Source of the DNA: Eledone cirrhosa
Taxonomy: Eukaryota
Direction of reading: 5' to 3'
Assembly (NCBI GenBank): GCA_964016885.1
Contig: OZ024742.1
Span: 152,024,001 to 152,088,000 of the forward strand
DNA length: 64,000 nt
The stretch's first letter is position 1; every line of letters starts with the position of its first letter. A program made the translations under genes and the position numbers. The notes under the pieces were generated by a model that worked only from the letters and a program-made list of their open reading frames with translations, made no database searches and was not told where the DNA came from. Below, piece by piece: positions 63,233-64,000 of the stretch.

Positions 63233-63269
<37 letters not shown>

Positions 63270-63271
<2 letters not shown>

Positions 63272-63484
63272 GTAATAATAATAAATTTGAAGACTAAAAT
63301 CCAAAGAGGGCTGGATAAGGATAAATATATATCAAATATATAAGAACCGTAGAGCAAATATTTATTAAAATAACAGATTTAAGTTTAAGCAAATAATCGC
63401 TGCTTTCACCCTTAACGGGTTTCAGAAGATCCCGTTAAGGGTGAAAGCAGCGACTCTTTGCTTAAACTTTAATCTGTTATTTTA

Positions 63485-63490
<6 letters not shown>
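63270..63490. mobile_element. Fold-back pLTR, family B, with HHR at 63419-63467 (+)
   Basis: GTTT-CAGAAGA-TCCC gttaa GGGT-GAAA-GCA..TGC-TT-AAAC. The left arm mirrors stems II and III and turns at the ribozyme's 5' end. Confidence 0.8.
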
Positions 63491-63539
<49 letters not shown>

Positions 63540-63810
63540 GAGAGAGAGAGAGAGAGTGAGAGAGAAATAGAGAGAGTTATAAACTCAAATAGTCTTTTAC
63601 AATTAAATAGCTCAAAGAAAGGAATATTTCTGAGCCGTGTAATACAAATGAATATATGATAGGGATAAACATTGATACAAGTATACATATGTTTGCATTG
63701 CAAATTACCAAGTTAGCAAGATTGAAAAATACTAATTAAAATAATACGGTTTGCCTGACTCGATTTAAATAATAAATCAAATAAAACAAACCTATATTGG
63801 CAATAACCGT

Positions 63811-63901
63811 GATACCTGGACAAATTTTAAATTTTAAGTTTTAAAATTGTTTCGCAATAATTAAGTGAAAATTCCTATTCCTGTGCTCTTCTGCAGGTAT
63901 C
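63811..63901 (-). ncRNA. Type-I hammerhead with CAGAAGA core (relative of family I)
   Basis: Minus strand: GATACCTG-CAGAAGA-GCA...TGC-GAAA-CAA...TTG-TC-CAGGTATC, with a perfect 8-bp stem I and a GUC site. Part of a fold-back that runs off the window (63656-63714 mirrors 63941-64000). Confidence 0.78.
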
Positions 63902-64000
63902 CAGAAATTGATAAGTTTCACTTCAAAATACTTATCTCGCTAACTTGGTCATTTGCAATGCAAACACATGTATACGTGTATCAGTGTTTATCCCTATCAT

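Overview
Eukaryotic (animal) AT-rich intergenic or intronic DNA. The SINE types and the extreme (TA)n/(CA)n content resemble octopus genomes; this is an inference from recalled SINE motifs, not a database result. No host protein-coding gene is supported. Most of the ORF track is microsatellite artefact (poly-YI, poly-CV, poly-HT). The real content is a nested cluster of mobile elements sitting in (TA)n tracts. It includes four Penelope-like retroelements (PLEs; RT plus C-terminal GIY-YIG) with inverted or tandem pseudo-LTRs, several GIY-YIG remnants, a CR1-like LINE RT fragment, tRNA-derived SINEs, a non-autonomous Helitron and a hAT-type MITE. The most striking signal is non-coding. By manual folding I count about 36 type-I hammerhead ribozyme (HHR) motifs, intact or degenerate, from about 19 sequence-unrelated repeat families. 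They lie in PLE pseudo-LTRs, in short fold-back (palindromic) elements whose turning points often coincide with the ribozyme hairpins, and in four ORF-less head-to-tail monomers (about 496, 504, 590 and 745 bp) that look like retrozymes, i.e. templates for circular RNA. Several families carry non-canonical cores fixed across copies: U3-A8 covariation, CAGAAGA, GCAA in place of GAAA, a U-U pair closing stem II, and large insertions in loop II. All folds and coordinates were read by eye, and cleavage activity is untested.
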